Part shown: positions 1-10,187 of the stretch, one piece after another | Numbering within the stretch: position 1 is the first letter of the stretch | Layout: each line of letters opens with the position of its first letter | NCBI GenBank assembly: GCA_963749895.1 | Contig: CAVVOG010000001.1 | Location: 18,068 to 82,067, forward strand | Source: an uncultured Actinomycetes bacterium | GTDB taxonomy: Bacteria; Actinomycetota; UBA4738; HRBIN12 | Direction of reading: 5' to 3' | DNA: 64,000 nt | Notes under the pieces: generated by a model | Database searches by the model: none | What the model was told of the DNA's origin: nothing | Seen by the model: the letters and a program-made list of their open reading frames with translations, nothing else | Position numbers and translations under genes: made by a program

Positions 1-1245
1 GACCTCGGGATGGTGCAGCTGTACGGGCTCGTCTTCTCGGCGTCGAGCCTGGCCACGATCGCCTCGATCCCCGTCACCGGCCGAGCGGTCGACGCGCTGG
101 GGGCCCGACGGGTCCTGATCCCGGTGCTGACCCTGTTCTGCGGCGGCCTCGTCGTGGCGGCGACCGCACCGGCGATGCCGGTCCTGCTGGTCGGGCAGTT
201 CCTGATCGGGGCCGGCGGCGGCGGCCTCTACGCGCTGTCGCTCGGGACGGTCGCGAAAGCCTTCCCGGATCGGCTTCGCCCTCGGGTGATGGCCCTGCTG
301 GCCACGATGTGGATCCTGCCCGGCTTGGTGGGACCGCCGTTCTCCGCACTCGTCGCGACCACGGTGGGCTGGCGCTGGGCGTTCGCGGCGCCCGTCCCGC
401 TCGTGCTCATCGGGTGGGCCCTGATCGCCCCGGCCCTCGATCTGGTGCCGCCCGACGAGCAGCGCGACGCGCACCTCGAGCTCCGATGGCCGCTGCAGCT
501 GATGCTGGGCACCGGGATGTTCCTGGTCGCCCTCACGGTCGTGCGGCCCTGGGCCCTGGTGATCGCCGCCGTCGGTGCGGGGGTCGCGGCTCCCGCCCTT
601 CGTCGCATCGTGCCGACCGGGACGTTCCGGGCCGCACCGGGGCGGCCCGCCGCCGCCGCCTCGGCCTTCCTGCTGTCGGCGGGCTTCCTCGCGATGGATG
701 CCTTCCTCACCCTGATGCTCACCGACATCCGCGGGCTCACGCTGGGACAGGCGAGCCTGTCGGTGACCGCCGCCTCGATCACCTGGGCGGCCGGCAGCCT
801 GTGGCAGTCGGGCAGGGCCGAACGGCTGCCGCTGCCGCGCCTGCTCCGGATCGGGACGGTCCTCGTGCTCGCCGGCCAGGTCGCGGTCGCCGCCTCCCTC
901 GACACGGGCGTACCGCTCGCCGTCGCGTTCGCCGGGTGGGCGGTGGTCGGCCTGGGCATGGGCATCTCGTTCCCGACGATCCCGCTGTCGGCGATGCGCG
1001 TGAGCGAGGCCGGCGAGGAGTCGGCGCAGCTGTCGTCGGTGCTCCTGCTCGACTTCCTCGGCGTCGCGACCGGCGCCGGCCTGGCCGGGGCCGCCGTGGC
1101 GGTGTCCGAGGCGGCCGGCGCGCCGCTGGCGGACGGGATCGCGGGCGCGTTCGCGATCGGGCTCGTCGCCCTCGTCGTCCTGCTGTGGACCGCCGGCCGG
1201 ATCCCCGACCGGGCGCCGTCCGAGCCCGGCCCCGCTACGCCTTGA
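1..1245 (+). CDS. MFS transporter, 5' end truncated by the window edge
   Basis: ORF 10..1245 has multiple hydrophobic helices and the MFS loop motif G-x-x-x-D-x-x-G-x-R (GRAVDALGARRVLI). This motif lies after TM2, so TM1 must sit upstream of position 1. Confidence 0.8.
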   Translation, partial: DLGMVQLYGLVFSASSLATIASIPVTGRAVDALGARRVLIPVLTLFCGGLVVAATAPAMPVLLVGQFLIGAGGGGLYALSLGTVAKAFPDRLRPRVMALLATMWILPGLVGPPFSALVATTVGWRWAFAAPVPLVLIGWALIAPALDLVPPDEQRDAHLELRWPLQLMLGTGMFLVALTVVRPWALVIAAVGAGVAAPALRRIVPTGTFRAAPGRPAAAASAFLLSAGFLAMDAFLTLMLTDIRGLTLGQASLSVTAASITWAAGSLWQSGRAERLPLPRLLRIGTVLVLAGQVAVAASLDTGVPLAVAFAGWAVVGLGMGISFPTIPLSAMRVSEAGEESAQLSSVLLLDFLGVATGAGLAGAAVAVSEAAGAPLADGIAGAFAIGLVALVVLLWTAGRIPDRAPSEPGPATP

Positions 1246-3721
1246 TCCGCGCGCGCGTCGGGTCGTACAACGCCTGCAACGACACCGTGACCGGGTAGCG
1301 CTTCCCGACGATCTCCAGCTCCCACGTCCCGCTCGCGATCGCCTCGTCGCTCGTGAACGCGGGGTCTTCGATCATCGCGAGCCCGACCGAGCCGCCCAGC
1401 GTGAAGCCGTAGGCCCCGATCCGGTTGATGCCGACGACCTGGCCGTCGCGCACGAGCGGCTCGTGCGCGTACAGCAGCGGCTCCGGGTCGTTCACCAGGA
1501 CCTGGACCATGCGGCTCTCCCGGGTGCCCGCGCCGCGCTGGACGACCAGGGCGTCGCGGCCGATGAACCCGCCGGGCTTGTCCCACGCGACCGCGAAGTC
1601 CAGCCCCACGTCGATCGGGGTGTCCGAGTTGTCGATATCCAGCCCGTAGTCCCGGTACGCCTTCTCCAGGCGCAGCGAGTTGAGCGCCAGCAGCCCCGCG
1701 TGTCCGATCCCCAGATCCTGCCCGGCCTCGAGCAGCGCCTCGTGCACCGTGAACGCGTAGTCGTTCGGGATGTGCAGCTCCCAGCCCAGCTCGCCCAGGT
1801 AGGTCACGCGGATCGCGAGCGCCTCCCCGTGCTGCACCTCGATGTTCCGCCCGGTCATGTAGGGGAACGCCTCGTTCGACAGGTCCGTCGTCGTCAGGCG
1901 CGACAGCAGCTCCCGGGAGCGCGGGCCCTGGATGCTCAGCAGCGTCCGCGCGGCGGTCATGTCGGTGATCGTGACGAACTCGCCGTCGGCGACGTGACGC
2001 TCGAGCCACGCGATCGTCCGCCGGTGGATCACGTCGGCGGCCACGACGACGAACGCCTCCTCGTGGACCCTCGTGACCGTGATGTCGGTCCAGATGCCGC
2101 CCTTCGGCGTGAGCATCTGCGTGTAGACGATCCGGCCGACCGGCACGCGGACGTCGTTCGCGCAGGTCCGCGACAGCAGGTCCTCGGCGTGGGGACCCTG
2201 GACGAGGATCTTCGCCATGAACGACATGTCCATGATCCCGACGCCCTCACGGATCAGCTCGTGCTCGACGCGGTTCGCCTCGAAGGACTGGTCGCGGCTC
2301 CAGCCCTGCGGACGCTCGTGCGGCACCCCGGGCGCCGCGAACCAGTCCGGCACCTCGTAGCCGGACAGCGGCATGAACACCGCGCCGGCCTCCACGAGCC
2401 GGTCGTGGATCACCGAACGCCGGACGTTGCGCCCCGACCACGGACGCCACGACGGGAACGCCGAGTCCCCGAACAGGGCGCCCAGCAGCTCGACGCCGCG
2501 CTCGGCGCGGAACGAACGGTTCGCCATCGACGGGACGACGCGGTCGATCGACATCGCCGTGACGTCCATCGGGGGTTCGCCGTCGACGATCCACTGGGCC
2601 AGGAGCGACCCGACGCCGCCCGAGAGCAAGATCCCGAGCGAGTTCAGGCCGCACGCGGAGAAGAACCCCCGCAGCTCGGGCGCCTCGCCCAGCAGCGGCC
2701 CGTTGTCCGGCGTGAAGCTCTCGGGCCCGCAGAAGAACTGCCGGATCCCGGCCTCGTGCAGCGCGGGGAACCGGTCCATCGCGTCGGACAGGAACCCGGC
2801 CATCCGGTCCCAGTCCGGCGGCAGCACGGCGAACCCGAGATCGACGGGGATGTCGTCGAGCGACCAGGGTGCCGCCTTCGGCTCGAACAGCCCGACGAGG
2901 ATGCCGCCGCCCTCCTCGCGGTAGTAGCCGTAGCGGTCCGGATCCTCGACCACGGGGAAGTCGGGATCGGCCCAGTCCACGTCGTCCGTGAGCAGGTAGT
3001 AGTGCTCGGCGGCCTGCAGCGGGACGCTCACGCCGGCGAGCGCGCCGACCTGTCGACCCCACATGCCGGCCGCGTTCACGACGGTCTCGCACTCGATCGT
3101 GCCCTGGTCGGTCACCACGCCCGTGACCCGCCCGCCGGCGGTGGTGAAGCCGGTGACCGTCACCCCTTCGAGGATCGTGACGCCGTCGGCCCGGGCGACC
3201 TTCGCGTAGGCCTGGGTGAAGTCGGCGGGGTTCACCCGCCCCTCGTCGGGCACCCACACGGCGGCGAGGACGTCGTCGACCTTCGCGACCGGCCACTTCT
3301 CCCGAACGAACTCCGGTCCGACCAGCTCCACGGGGACGCCGTGGTACTCGGCGTGCCGGGCCTCGCGGGTGAGCGTCTCGACACGCTGCGGCGTGCACGC
3401 CAGGTGCAGGTGCCCGATCGTGCGGAACCCGGTGTCCTGCCCGCTCTCCGCCTCGATCGTGGTGAGCAGCTCGGTCGTGTACCGGGCCATCCACAGGAAC
3501 GTCTCGGTGGGCATGCCGGCCGAGGTGATCAGCCCGGCCGCGTGCCAGGTGGTGCCCGCAGTGAGCTGTTTGCGCTCCAGCAGGACGACGTCGCGGATCC
3601 CCAGCTTCGCGAGGTGGTACGCGACGCTCACGCCGATCACGCCACCGCCCACGACCACGACGCTCGCGCGATCGGGCAACGTCCCTGCAGCGGTGCCGGC
3701 GGCCTGCGGGTCAGTGCTCAC
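1235..3721 (-). CDS. FAD-dependent oxidoreductase fused to an aminomethyltransferase (GcvT-like) domain; dimethylglycine/sarcosine dehydrogenase family
   Basis: N-terminal dinucleotide fold VVVVGGGVIGVSVAYHL and a C-terminal GcvT-like region. The likely GTG start at 3721 is preceded by GGAAGGAG. The long N-terminal extension of ORF 1235..3913 is discarded. Confidence 0.85.
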   Translation of the reverse strand: MSTDPQAAGTAAGTLPDRASVVVVGGGVIGVSVAYHLAKLGIRDVVLLERKQLTAGTTWHAAGLITSAGMPTETFLWMARYTTELLTTIEAESGQDTGFRTIGHLHLACTPQRVETLTREARHAEYHGVPVELVGPEFVREKWPVAKVDDVLAAVWVPDEGRVNPADFTQAYAKVARADGVTILEGVTVTGFTTAGGRVTGVVTDQGTIECETVVNAAGMWGRQVGALAGVSVPLQAAEHYYLLTDDVDWADPDFPVVEDPDRYGYYREEGGGILVGLFEPKAAPWSLDDIPVDLGFAVLPPDWDRMAGFLSDAMDRFPALHEAGIRQFFCGPESFTPDNGPLLGEAPELRGFFSACGLNSLGILLSGGVGSLLAQWIVDGEPPMDVTAMSIDRVVPSMANRSFRAERGVELLGALFGDSAFPSWRPWSGRNVRRSVIHDRLVEAGAVFMPLSGYEVPDWFAAPGVPHERPQGWSRDQSFEANRVEHELIREGVGIMDMSFMAKILVQGPHAEDLLSRTCANDVRVPVGRIVYTQMLTPKGGIWTDITVTRVHEEAFVVVAADVIHRRTIAWLERHVADGEFVTITDMTAARTLLSIQGPRSRELLSRLTTTDLSNEAFPYMTGRNIEVQHGEALAIRVTYLGELGWELHIPNDYAFTVHEALLEAGQDLGIGHAGLLALNSLRLEKAYRDYGLDIDNSDTPIDVGLDFAVAWDKPGGFIGRDALVVQRGAGTRESRMVQVLVNDPEPLLYAHEPLVRDGQVVGINRIGAYGFTLGGSVGLAMIEDPAFTSDEAIASGTWELEIVGKRYPVTVSLQALYDPTRARIKA

Positions 3722-3939
3722 GACGACTCCTTCCCCGTGCTCGGACGGCGGCGCCGCGCGCCGCCGGTGATGGCCGGATGCTATCGAGCCGCGGGGAGCG
3801 AGCGGTACCGGCCGGACGGTCCCCCTCATCAGGGCCCCCCTCGCCTGGGACCCGTGGGGGACGGGACGACCGGCTGTGGGCGAGGGGTGGCGCGTGCCGC
3901 ACGATGGACCCACACGGCCGATGGGAGGGGTGAGCGTCG

Positions 3940-4416
3940 ATGACCGACGTGACCGAGTACCTGGAGCGCAAGGGCATCGCGTTCGAGGTCCTGACCCACG
4001 AGCGGGCGTTCACCGGGATCGCCGAGGCGCGCGCGCTCGGCGTCGACGCCCACGTGGTCGTCAAGACCGTGATCGTCGAGTCGCGGGGCGAGCACGTGGC
4101 CATGGTGCTGCCGGCGGAGGAGCACCTCGACATGAAGCTCGTCCACGACGTCCTGGACGATCCCGAGGCGCACCTGGCCGACGAGGACGCGATCGTGCGG
4201 GACTTCGACTGGTCCGAACCGGGGGCGTTGCCGCCGATCGCGCCGCTGCTGGGGGTCGACGTGATCGTCGACCCATCGGTCCCCGACACCGGCCCCGTGC
4301 TGTTCGCCGCGGGACGGCAGACCGTGTCGCTCAAGGTCGGCGCCGAGGACCTGTTCGGGCACCAGCCGGTGCAGTTCTCGCAGGTCTCCGACGTGTGGTC
4401 CGGCGCCCGGACCTGA
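3940..4416 (+). CDS. YbaK/ProX-type aminoacyl-tRNA deacylase domain protein
   Basis: 158-aa ORF with the YbaK/EbsC deacylase fold signature; GGGAGGGG lies upstream of the ATG. Confidence 0.7.
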   Translation: MTDVTEYLERKGIAFEVLTHERAFTGIAEARALGVDAHVVVKTVIVESRGEHVAMVLPAEEHLDMKLVHDVLDDPEAHLADEDAIVRDFDWSEPGALPPIAPLLGVDVIVDPSVPDTGPVLFAAGRQTVSLKVGAEDLFGHQPVQFSQVSDVWSGART

Positions 4417-4537
4417 GTCGTCGGACACGCGGCCTCCCGGTGACGGGCCGTTCGGCACGGCTGAGGGCGGCGCGGGTCCGAGAGCATCGAAACGCGTATC
4501 CACTCGCGCGCACCGGCGCGCGGAAGGAGGTTCCATC

Positions 4538-5194
4538 ATGCCCGAGACCGAGACCCGCGAGGCCCCGACCCGGTCGTCCGCCGACTTCGTCGGGTTCGCA
4601 CCCGAAGAGGTCCCCCGCCGCAAGATCGAGCTGCCGCCTCCCGCGGATCCGGCACCCCTCGGACTCGCCGCGTTCGCGCTGACCACGTTCCTGCTGTCGG
4701 CGAGCAACGCGGGCTGGACCGACGGCGGCGCCGCCTGGCTCGGCTTCGCGTTCGCCTACGGCGGACTCGGCCAGCTGCTGGCCGGGATGTGGGAGTTCCG
4801 CAAGGCCAACGTGTTCGGCGCCACGGCGTTCTCGACGTACGGCGCGTTCTGGATCGGCCTCGGGCTCTACGTGCTCCTCGTCGAGGGCGCGAGCCCGAAC
4901 GCGCAGAACGACCTGGGCTGGATCCTGATGGCGTTCGCGATCTTCAACACCTACATGCTGGCGTTCAGCCTGCGGGTGAGCGTCGCGGTGTTCATGGTGT
5001 TCCTCACGCTGGAGATCACCGAGATCGTCCTGGCGGTCGGGTTCTTCCAGGCCTCCGAGTCGATCGTCGAGATCGGCGGCGTGATCGGCATCATCACCGC
5101 GCTCGTCGCGTGGTACACGTCGGCGGCCGGGGTCGTGAACGGCATGGCGGCGGGACGTCAGGTCCTGCCGGTCGGCCGTCCGGTCTGGCGCTGA
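4538..5194 (+). CDS. GPR1/FUN34/YaaH (SatP) family acetate/succinate channel
   Basis: Family motifs NPAPLGLAAFALTTF and YGGLGQLLAGMWEFRKANVFGATAFSTYGAFW; strong RBS GGAAGGAGG. Confidence 0.8.
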   Translation: MPETETREAPTRSSADFVGFAPEEVPRRKIELPPPADPAPLGLAAFALTTFLLSASNAGWTDGGAAWLGFAFAYGGLGQLLAGMWEFRKANVFGATAFSTYGAFWIGLGLYVLLVEGASPNAQNDLGWILMAFAIFNTYMLAFSLRVSVAVFMVFLTLEITEIVLAVGFFQASESIVEIGGVIGIITALVAWYTSAAGVVNGMAAGRQVLPVGRPVWR

Positions 5195-5250
5195 TCGACG
5201 GCGAGGTTCACGGGCGTCGGCCCGGCGGCACGGAGCCCTAGGATGGGCAC

Positions 5251-6324
5251 GTGACCGACCGGCCGACGCCCGACCGTATCCGCCTGGCCCCCAAGGTCCT
5301 GCTGCACGACCACCTCGACGGCGGCCTGCGTCCTCGCACGGTCGTCGAGCTGGCCGACGAGACCGGGTATCGCGAGCTGCCGACGACCGACGCCGACGAG
5401 CTCGCCACCTGGATGACCCGCGGCGCGAACCGCCGCGACCTGGTCCTGTACCTCGAGACCTTCGCGCACACGGTGGGCGTGATGCAGACCCCCGATGCGC
5501 TCGCCCGGGTCGCGCGCGAGTGCGCGGAGGACCTCGCCGACGACGGCGTCGTCTACGCCGAGATCCGGTTCGCCCCGGAACAGCATCTCCAACGGGGTCT
5601 CTCCCTCGACCAGGTCGTCGAGGCCGTGGTGCGCGGGTTCCGCGACGGGATGCGCACGCGCCCGATCGTGATCGGGGTGCTGCTGACCGCGATGCGCACC
5701 GCGGCGCGGTCGCTCGAGATCGCCGAGCTGGCGGTGCGCTGGCGGTCGCGCGGCGTCGTCGGGTTCGACATCGCCGGGGCCGAGGCCGGCTTCCCACCGA
5801 CCCGGCACCTGGACGCCTTCGAGTACGTGAGGCGCGAGAACTTCCACCTCACGATCCACGCCGGTGAGGCGTTCGGGCTGCCCTCGATCTGGGAGGCGCT
5901 GCAGATCTGCGGGGCCGAGCGCTTGGGCCACGGCGTGCGCATCGTCGACGACCTCGAGGTCGATCCCGACGGTGGCGCCCACCTGGGCCGGCTCGCCTCG
6001 CTGGTGCGCGACCGCCGGGTCCCGCTGGAGCTGTGCCCCACCTCGAACGTCCACTCGGGCGCCGCCGCCTCGATCGCCGAGCACCCGATCGGCCTGCTGA
6101 CGGCGCTGGGGTTCCGCACCACCGTGAACACCGACAACCGGCTGATGTCGAACACCTCGATGAGCCGGGAGATGGTGAGCCTGGTCGACGACCTGGGGTT
6201 CGGGTGGGACGGGCTCCGCCGGCTGACCACGAACGCCGCTCGGTCCGCGTTCCTCCCCTACGACGAGCGCGTCGAGCTGATCGAACGGGTGATCATGCCG
6301 GGCTACGACGCCCTGCAGGGCTGA
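5251..6324 (+). CDS. add: adenosine deaminase
   Basis: Signature [15 protein letters not shown] together with the metal-binding HAGE motif; 357 aa. Confidence 0.9.
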   Translation: MTDRPTPDRIRLAPKVLLHDHLDGGLRPRTVVELADETGYRELPTTDADELATWMTRGANRRDLVLYLETFAHTVGVMQTPDALARVARECAEDLADDGVVYAEIRFAPEQHLQRGLSLDQVVEAVVRGFRDGMRTRPIVIGVLLTAMRTAARSLEIAELAVRWRSRGVVGFDIAGAEAGFPPTRHLDAFEYVRRENFHLTIHAGEAFGLPSIWEALQICGAERLGHGVRIVDDLEVDPDGGAHLGRLASLVRDRRVPLELCPTSNVHSGAAASIAEHPIGLLTALGFRTTVNTDNRLMSNTSMSREMVSLVDDLGFGWDGLRRLTTNAARSAFLPYDERVELIERVIMPGYDALQG

Positions 6325-6325
6325 G

Positions 6326-6745
6326 CTACGCGCCGTTCACCTCGAACGGCAGCCCCTGGGCCTCCCAGTCGACGAACCCGCCCTCCAGCTCGGCGAAGTC
6401 GGTGAAGCCCGCGTCGACCATCTCCTGGGCCGCCTGCGTCGACATGTTGCCGCTGCGGCAGTAGATCACCAGGGACCCGTCGTCGGGCAGGGCGTCGAGC
6501 TGCGACGTGATGTCGAGGTACGAGATGAACGCGTCGGTCTCCGGGATCTCCCCTTCGTACGGGACGTGCACGTTCACGAGGTAGACGTCCTCGCTCGCCA
6601 TGCGCTCCTGCAGCGCGGCGGGGCTGACCCGCTCCCACCCCGCACCACCACCGCCGCCGTCGGCGGCCTCCTCCGAGTCGCCGCATGCCGTCAGCGTGAG
6701 GGCGGCTACGGCCCCCACGGCGAGCATCACGAACATCCGTCGCAT
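6326..6745 (-). CDS. rhodanese-domain lipoprotein (sulfurtransferase-like)
   Basis: Signal peptide with lipobox LTAC and the rhodanese active-site loop YCRSGNMS. Confidence 0.8.
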   Translation of the reverse strand: MRRMFVMLAVGAVAALTLTACGDSEEAADGGGGGAGWERVSPAALQERMASEDVYLVNVHVPYEGEIPETDAFISYLDITSQLDALPDDGSLVIYCRSGNMSTQAAQEMVDAGFTDFAELEGGFVDWEAQGLPFEVNGA

Positions 6746-6764
6746 CCTGTCGTTCCTCCTCGTG

Positions 6765-7220
6765 TCAGTCGGTGAACCCGATCAGCCGATGGGTCCCGTC
6801 GCAGAACGGCTTGCGCCGCGAGGCGCCGCAGCGGCACAGGGACAGGCGAACGTCCTGGCGGTACGGCTTCCCGGCCGAGTCGAGCACCGTCACGTTCCCG
6901 TGCACCAGGAGCGGGCCGTCGCGGTCGACGCGGATCTCGACCCCGGTGAGGGTGTCTTCCTCCTGCGGTCCGCCGTCGGTCCGGACGGCGTGGAGCGCGC
7001 CGGTCGGGCACCGGGCCACGACCTCGGCCACGTGCACGGGGTCGGCCCCTTCCAGGCGGATCCACGGGCGTGCCCGGGCCTGGAAGACCTCGGGGGCGCC
7101 GCGCAGGCACTCGGCGGCGTGGGTGCACAGGCGCGGCTCCCAGGTGACCTCGATGCCCTCGCCGACGTAGCGCCGGGCCACGTCGTGCTCGTACCGCGCC
7201 TCCTGCTGCTGATCGCTCAC
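6765..7220 (-). CDS. iron-sulfur protein: divergent 4Fe-4S mono-cluster domain fused to a CDGSH-type zinc-finger/Fe-S domain
   Basis: N-terminal Cys pattern C-x-H-x-x-x-C...C and the C-terminal CDGSH motif CRCGASRRKPFCDGTH. Confidence 0.7.
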   Translation of the reverse strand: MSDQQQEARYEHDVARRYVGEGIEVTWEPRLCTHAAECLRGAPEVFQARARPWIRLEGADPVHVAEVVARCPTGALHAVRTDGGPQEEDTLTGVEIRVDRDGPLLVHGNVTVLDSAGKPYRQDVRLSLCRCGASRRKPFCDGTHRLIGFTD

Positions 7221-7368
7221 GTCGGTCCCAACCTACCCGGTCGCGTGCGCATTCCGACGGCGTCCCTGCCGAGCCGGGGCTCCCGTCACGGAGGCGGGAG
7301 CCGCCCGCAGAGCTCCTGGTACGACTCCGTGACCCGCGGATCGGGCGGGCCGAGCCGATGACGCCAAG

Positions 7369-8700
7369 ATGAGGCGCATGGACACGGGTATCCAGGCGAC
7401 GACGCGCCCGAGCGGCCACCTGACGATCGACGGGTGCGACGCGGTCGAGCTCGCGAGCCGGTTCGGCACCCCGCTGTGGGTGATCTCGGAGACGACGATC
7501 CGGGCCAACGCCCGTCGCCTGCACGACGCGTTCGTCGCGGTGCATCCTCGGACCGGCGTCGTCTACGCGTCGAAGGCGAACCCGGAGCCGGCGGTGGTCC
7601 GGATCGCGCACGACGAGGGCTGCTGGGTCGACGTGGTCACGATGGGGCACCTGCGGCTGCTCGAGCGCGCCGGCGTCCCGGCCGCCCACACCGTGTTCAA
7701 CGGCAACGCGAAGACCGGCGAGGAGCTGGCGTGGGCGCTCGCGCACGGGATCGGCGTGATCAACGTCGACTCCCCCGCCGAGCTGGCCGCGATCGCCCGG
7801 CTCCAGCCGCTCGACGCGGCGCCGGTCGACCTGTGCCTGCGGCTGGCCACCGACCCCGCCCGTCACGGCGACGACTCCGCCTACGCGGCGGAGGAGCGCG
7901 GCTCGAAGTTCGGGATGAGCGAGGCGGAGGTCCTCGCCGCGCGCGAGGAGATCGCGGACCATCCCGGGCTCGCGTTCGCGGGGCTCCACAACCACGTCGG
8001 GTTCCCCGCCTACGACCTGCCGTACACCGGCGAGCTGGACCTGCGACGGCATCGCAGGGCCGCCGAGCAGACCCTCGAGCTGGCGGCCGAGCTCCCCGGG
8101 TGCCGGATCGTGAACCTGGGCGGCGGGTTCCGCGTCCCCAAGGACCACGGGTTCGGCCCGGGCGGGCTGACCGACATCCCGCCGGTCGAGGCCTACGCGG
8201 ACACGATCGGCGGGGCCGTGGTCGCGAGCGGCCTGGACGTCGAGCTGCTGGTGGAGGCCGGCGGCTACCTCGTGGCCGACGCGGTCACCCTGCTCGCCAC
8301 CGTGCTCCAGCGCAAGGCCGCGATCGACGGCGGGCCCGATTGGGTGATCGTCCGCGACACGTCGGCGTACCACTACGTCCGCGCCCTGATGTACGGGTTC
8401 CGGCATCACGCCGTCGCACCCGGACGGCTCGACGAGCCCACGACGGAGCGCGTGCGGCTGGCCGGTCCGGTGTGCACCACCGACACGCTGGCCGAGACCG
8501 ACCTGCCGCACCTGAAGGCCGGCGACCTGGTGGCGATCCTCGACCAGGGCGCCTACTGCGAGTCCGTCACGAGCGACTACTGCGCGATCCCGATCCCGGC
8601 GACAGTGCTCGCGTCGAGGGGGCGCGCGGCGCTCGTGCGGCGGCGCGAGACGGTCGAGGACCTGGTCGCCCGCTTCGACGTCCCGGACTGGCTGGACTGA
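7369..8700 (+). CDS. PLP-dependent decarboxylase, Orn/DAP/Arg decarboxylase family 2 (diaminopimelate-decarboxylase-like)
   Basis: FGTPLWV...VYASKANPEPAVV (PLP-Lys region) and the C-terminal beta-sandwich match the LysA family. The exact substrate cannot be assigned. Confidence 0.8.
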   Translation: MRRMDTGIQATTRPSGHLTIDGCDAVELASRFGTPLWVISETTIRANARRLHDAFVAVHPRTGVVYASKANPEPAVVRIAHDEGCWVDVVTMGHLRLLERAGVPAAHTVFNGNAKTGEELAWALAHGIGVINVDSPAELAAIARLQPLDAAPVDLCLRLATDPARHGDDSAYAAEERGSKFGMSEAEVLAAREEIADHPGLAFAGLHNHVGFPAYDLPYTGELDLRRHRRAAEQTLELAAELPGCRIVNLGGGFRVPKDHGFGPGGLTDIPPVEAYADTIGGAVVASGLDVELLVEAGGYLVADAVTLLATVLQRKAAIDGGPDWVIVRDTSAYHYVRALMYGFRHHAVAPGRLDEPTTERVRLAGPVCTTDTLAETDLPHLKAGDLVAILDQGAYCESVTSDYCAIPIPATVLASRGRAALVRRRETVEDLVARFDVPDWLD

Positions 8701-8707
8701 GCCGGTC

Positions 8708-9148
8708 CTACTCCCCGGCCATCTCCAGCTCCGCGTACTCGGCGTTCAGCGCGTCGACGCGCTCGGGATCGAGCAGGTCCTTCATCAGCAGCTGCCCACC
8801 CGTCCTGCGGACCGCATCGCGCAGTCCCGTCGACCACGTGTGCTCGAACAGCGCGACCACCGCGGTCTCGCCGGCCGGGATCGCGTCGACCGCGAGCGCG
8901 ATCTCGTCGGCGTGCAGCAGGCCCATCAGGTCGCCGAGCCCGTCGGCGAACGGCGCCAGCATCGCCTCGGACACCTCGCGCGGCGTCCGAACACGGACGT
9001 CGCCGGCGGGCGCCTTCTCGATGAACGCCAGGTCCACGAGGCGCACCGAACCCCGGTGCTCCACGGCGGACAGCTCCCGGCCGATCTCCGGCGGGATCGT
9101 CTCGCCCTCGTAGCCGATCACCACGAGCTCTAACGGGCCGATCGTCAT
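8708..9148 (-). CDS. hypothetical protein (conserved DUF-type, MTIGPLELVVIGYEG...)
   Basis: ATG at 9148 preceded by GAGGAGG. The upstream 100 codons of ORF 8708..9454 are discarded as a GC-rich run-on. Confidence 0.55.
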   Translation of the reverse strand: MTIGPLELVVIGYEGETIPPEIGRELSAVEHRGSVRLVDLAFIEKAPAGDVRVRTPREVSEAMLAPFADGLGDLMGLLHADEIALAVDAIPAGETAVVALFEHTWSTGLRDAVRRTGGQLLMKDLLDPERVDALNAEYAELEMAGE

Positions 9149-9272
9149 GACGGTGTCCTCCTCGCGTTCGCCTCTTGGATGGAGGCTCCGATCGCACCGT
9201 ACGGCGGACCCCGGAGACGCCCTACGGACGAAGGGCCGGGCCGTTGCGGGCCCCCCGGCTAGACTCGTCTGC

Positions 9273-10187
9273 ATGGAACCCTCCGCCGGACGCATCCTGG
9301 TCGCGGGCGCCTCGGGCGTGATCGGCTCGCGCGTCGTGGAGCGGCTCGTCGCCGCCGGGCGCACCGTCCGCGTCGGCGGTCGCCGGCCCCTCGAGCTCCA
9401 GGCACGCTGGCCCGATCTGGAGGCGGTCGAGCTCGACGTCCTGCGCGACGACACCGTGGCCGAGGCCCTGTCGGGGGCGGCGGCCGCCTACTACCTGGTC
9501 CATTCGATGGAACCGGGGACCGAGGGCGACTTCCACGCGCGCGATGCGACCGGCGCCCGGAGGTTCGCCCGCGCCGCCGCGGCGGCCGGCGTCGGGCGGA
9601 TCGTGTACCTAGGTGGCCTTGGCGACGAGAAGGGGCTGCTGTCCGAGCACCTGTGGAGCCGCCAGGAGATCGGCCGGATCCTCGCGGCCGAGGGGCCCGG
9701 GGTCGTGGAGCTGCGCGCCGCGATGGTCGTGAGCGCCCAGAGCGCCTCGTTCCGGATGGTCCGCGACCTGGTCCACCGGCTGCCGGCGATGGTCCTGCCG
9801 CGCTGGGTCTCGACCCCGACCCAGCCGATCGCGATCGACGACGTCCTGGCGTACCTGGAGGCCGCGCTCGACGTCGGGACCGACGAGCACCACCTGATCG
9901 TCGAGATCGGCGGCCCCGAGGTCCTGACGTACCGGCAGATGATCGAGCGTGTGGGCGCCGCGACCGGTCGCACCCCGCGGATGCTCGACGTCCCGGTCCT
10001 TACCCCGAAGCTCAGCTCGTACTGGACCGGCCTGACGACCTCGGTCCCCGCCGAGCTGGCCCGTCCCTTGATCGAGGGCCTGTCGAGCCCGACCGTCGTG
10101 CGGAGCGACACGGCCCGGACGCTGTTCCCCGCGATCGAGCCCGTCGGGTTCGACGAGGCCGTCAGGCGCGCGCTCGCCGGCGAGTGA
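9273..10187 (+). CDS. NAD(P)-binding Rossmann-fold protein (NmrA/atypical SDR, epimerase-like)
   Basis: ILVAGASGVIGSRVVERLV glycine-rich motif at the N-terminus after M at 9273; the upstream part of the ORF overlaps the divergent gene. Confidence 0.7.
   Translation: MEPSAGRILVAGASGVIGSRVVERLVAAGRTVRVGGRRPLELQARWPDLEAVELDVLRDDTVAEALSGAAAAYYLVHSMEPGTEGDFHARDATGARRFARAAAAAGVGRIVYLGGLGDEKGLLSEHLWSRQEIGRILAAEGPGVVELRAAMVVSAQSASFRMVRDLVHRLPAMVLPRWVSTPTQPIAIDDVLAYLEAALDVGTDEHHLIVEIGGPEVLTYRQMIERVGAATGRTPRMLDVPVLTPKLSSYWTGLTTSVPAELARPLIEGLSSPTVVRSDTARTLFPAIEPVGFDEAVRRALAGE

Noticed and set aside
228-2009. Long antisense/overlapping ORFs throughout the track (e.g. 228..2009-, 1463..3943+, 4331..5797-, 6727..8511-, 10221..12164-, 13402..15024-, 17982..19316-, 19417..21024+, 22608..24083+, 25312..27492+, 27632..29419-, 39549..41066-, 45307..46689+, 47810..50560+)
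   Set aside because: Their Arg/Pro/Gly/Ala-rich translations are typical of non-coding frames in >70% GC DNA. Each fully overlaps a gene with clear domain content on the other strand or frame, and none has a recognisable domain.
9147-9272. Upstream extension of the Rossmann-fold gene (start at 9147)
   Set aside because: It overlaps the start codon and RBS of the divergent gene at 8708..9148, the translation is low-complexity, and the NAD-binding motif begins right after the M at 9273.
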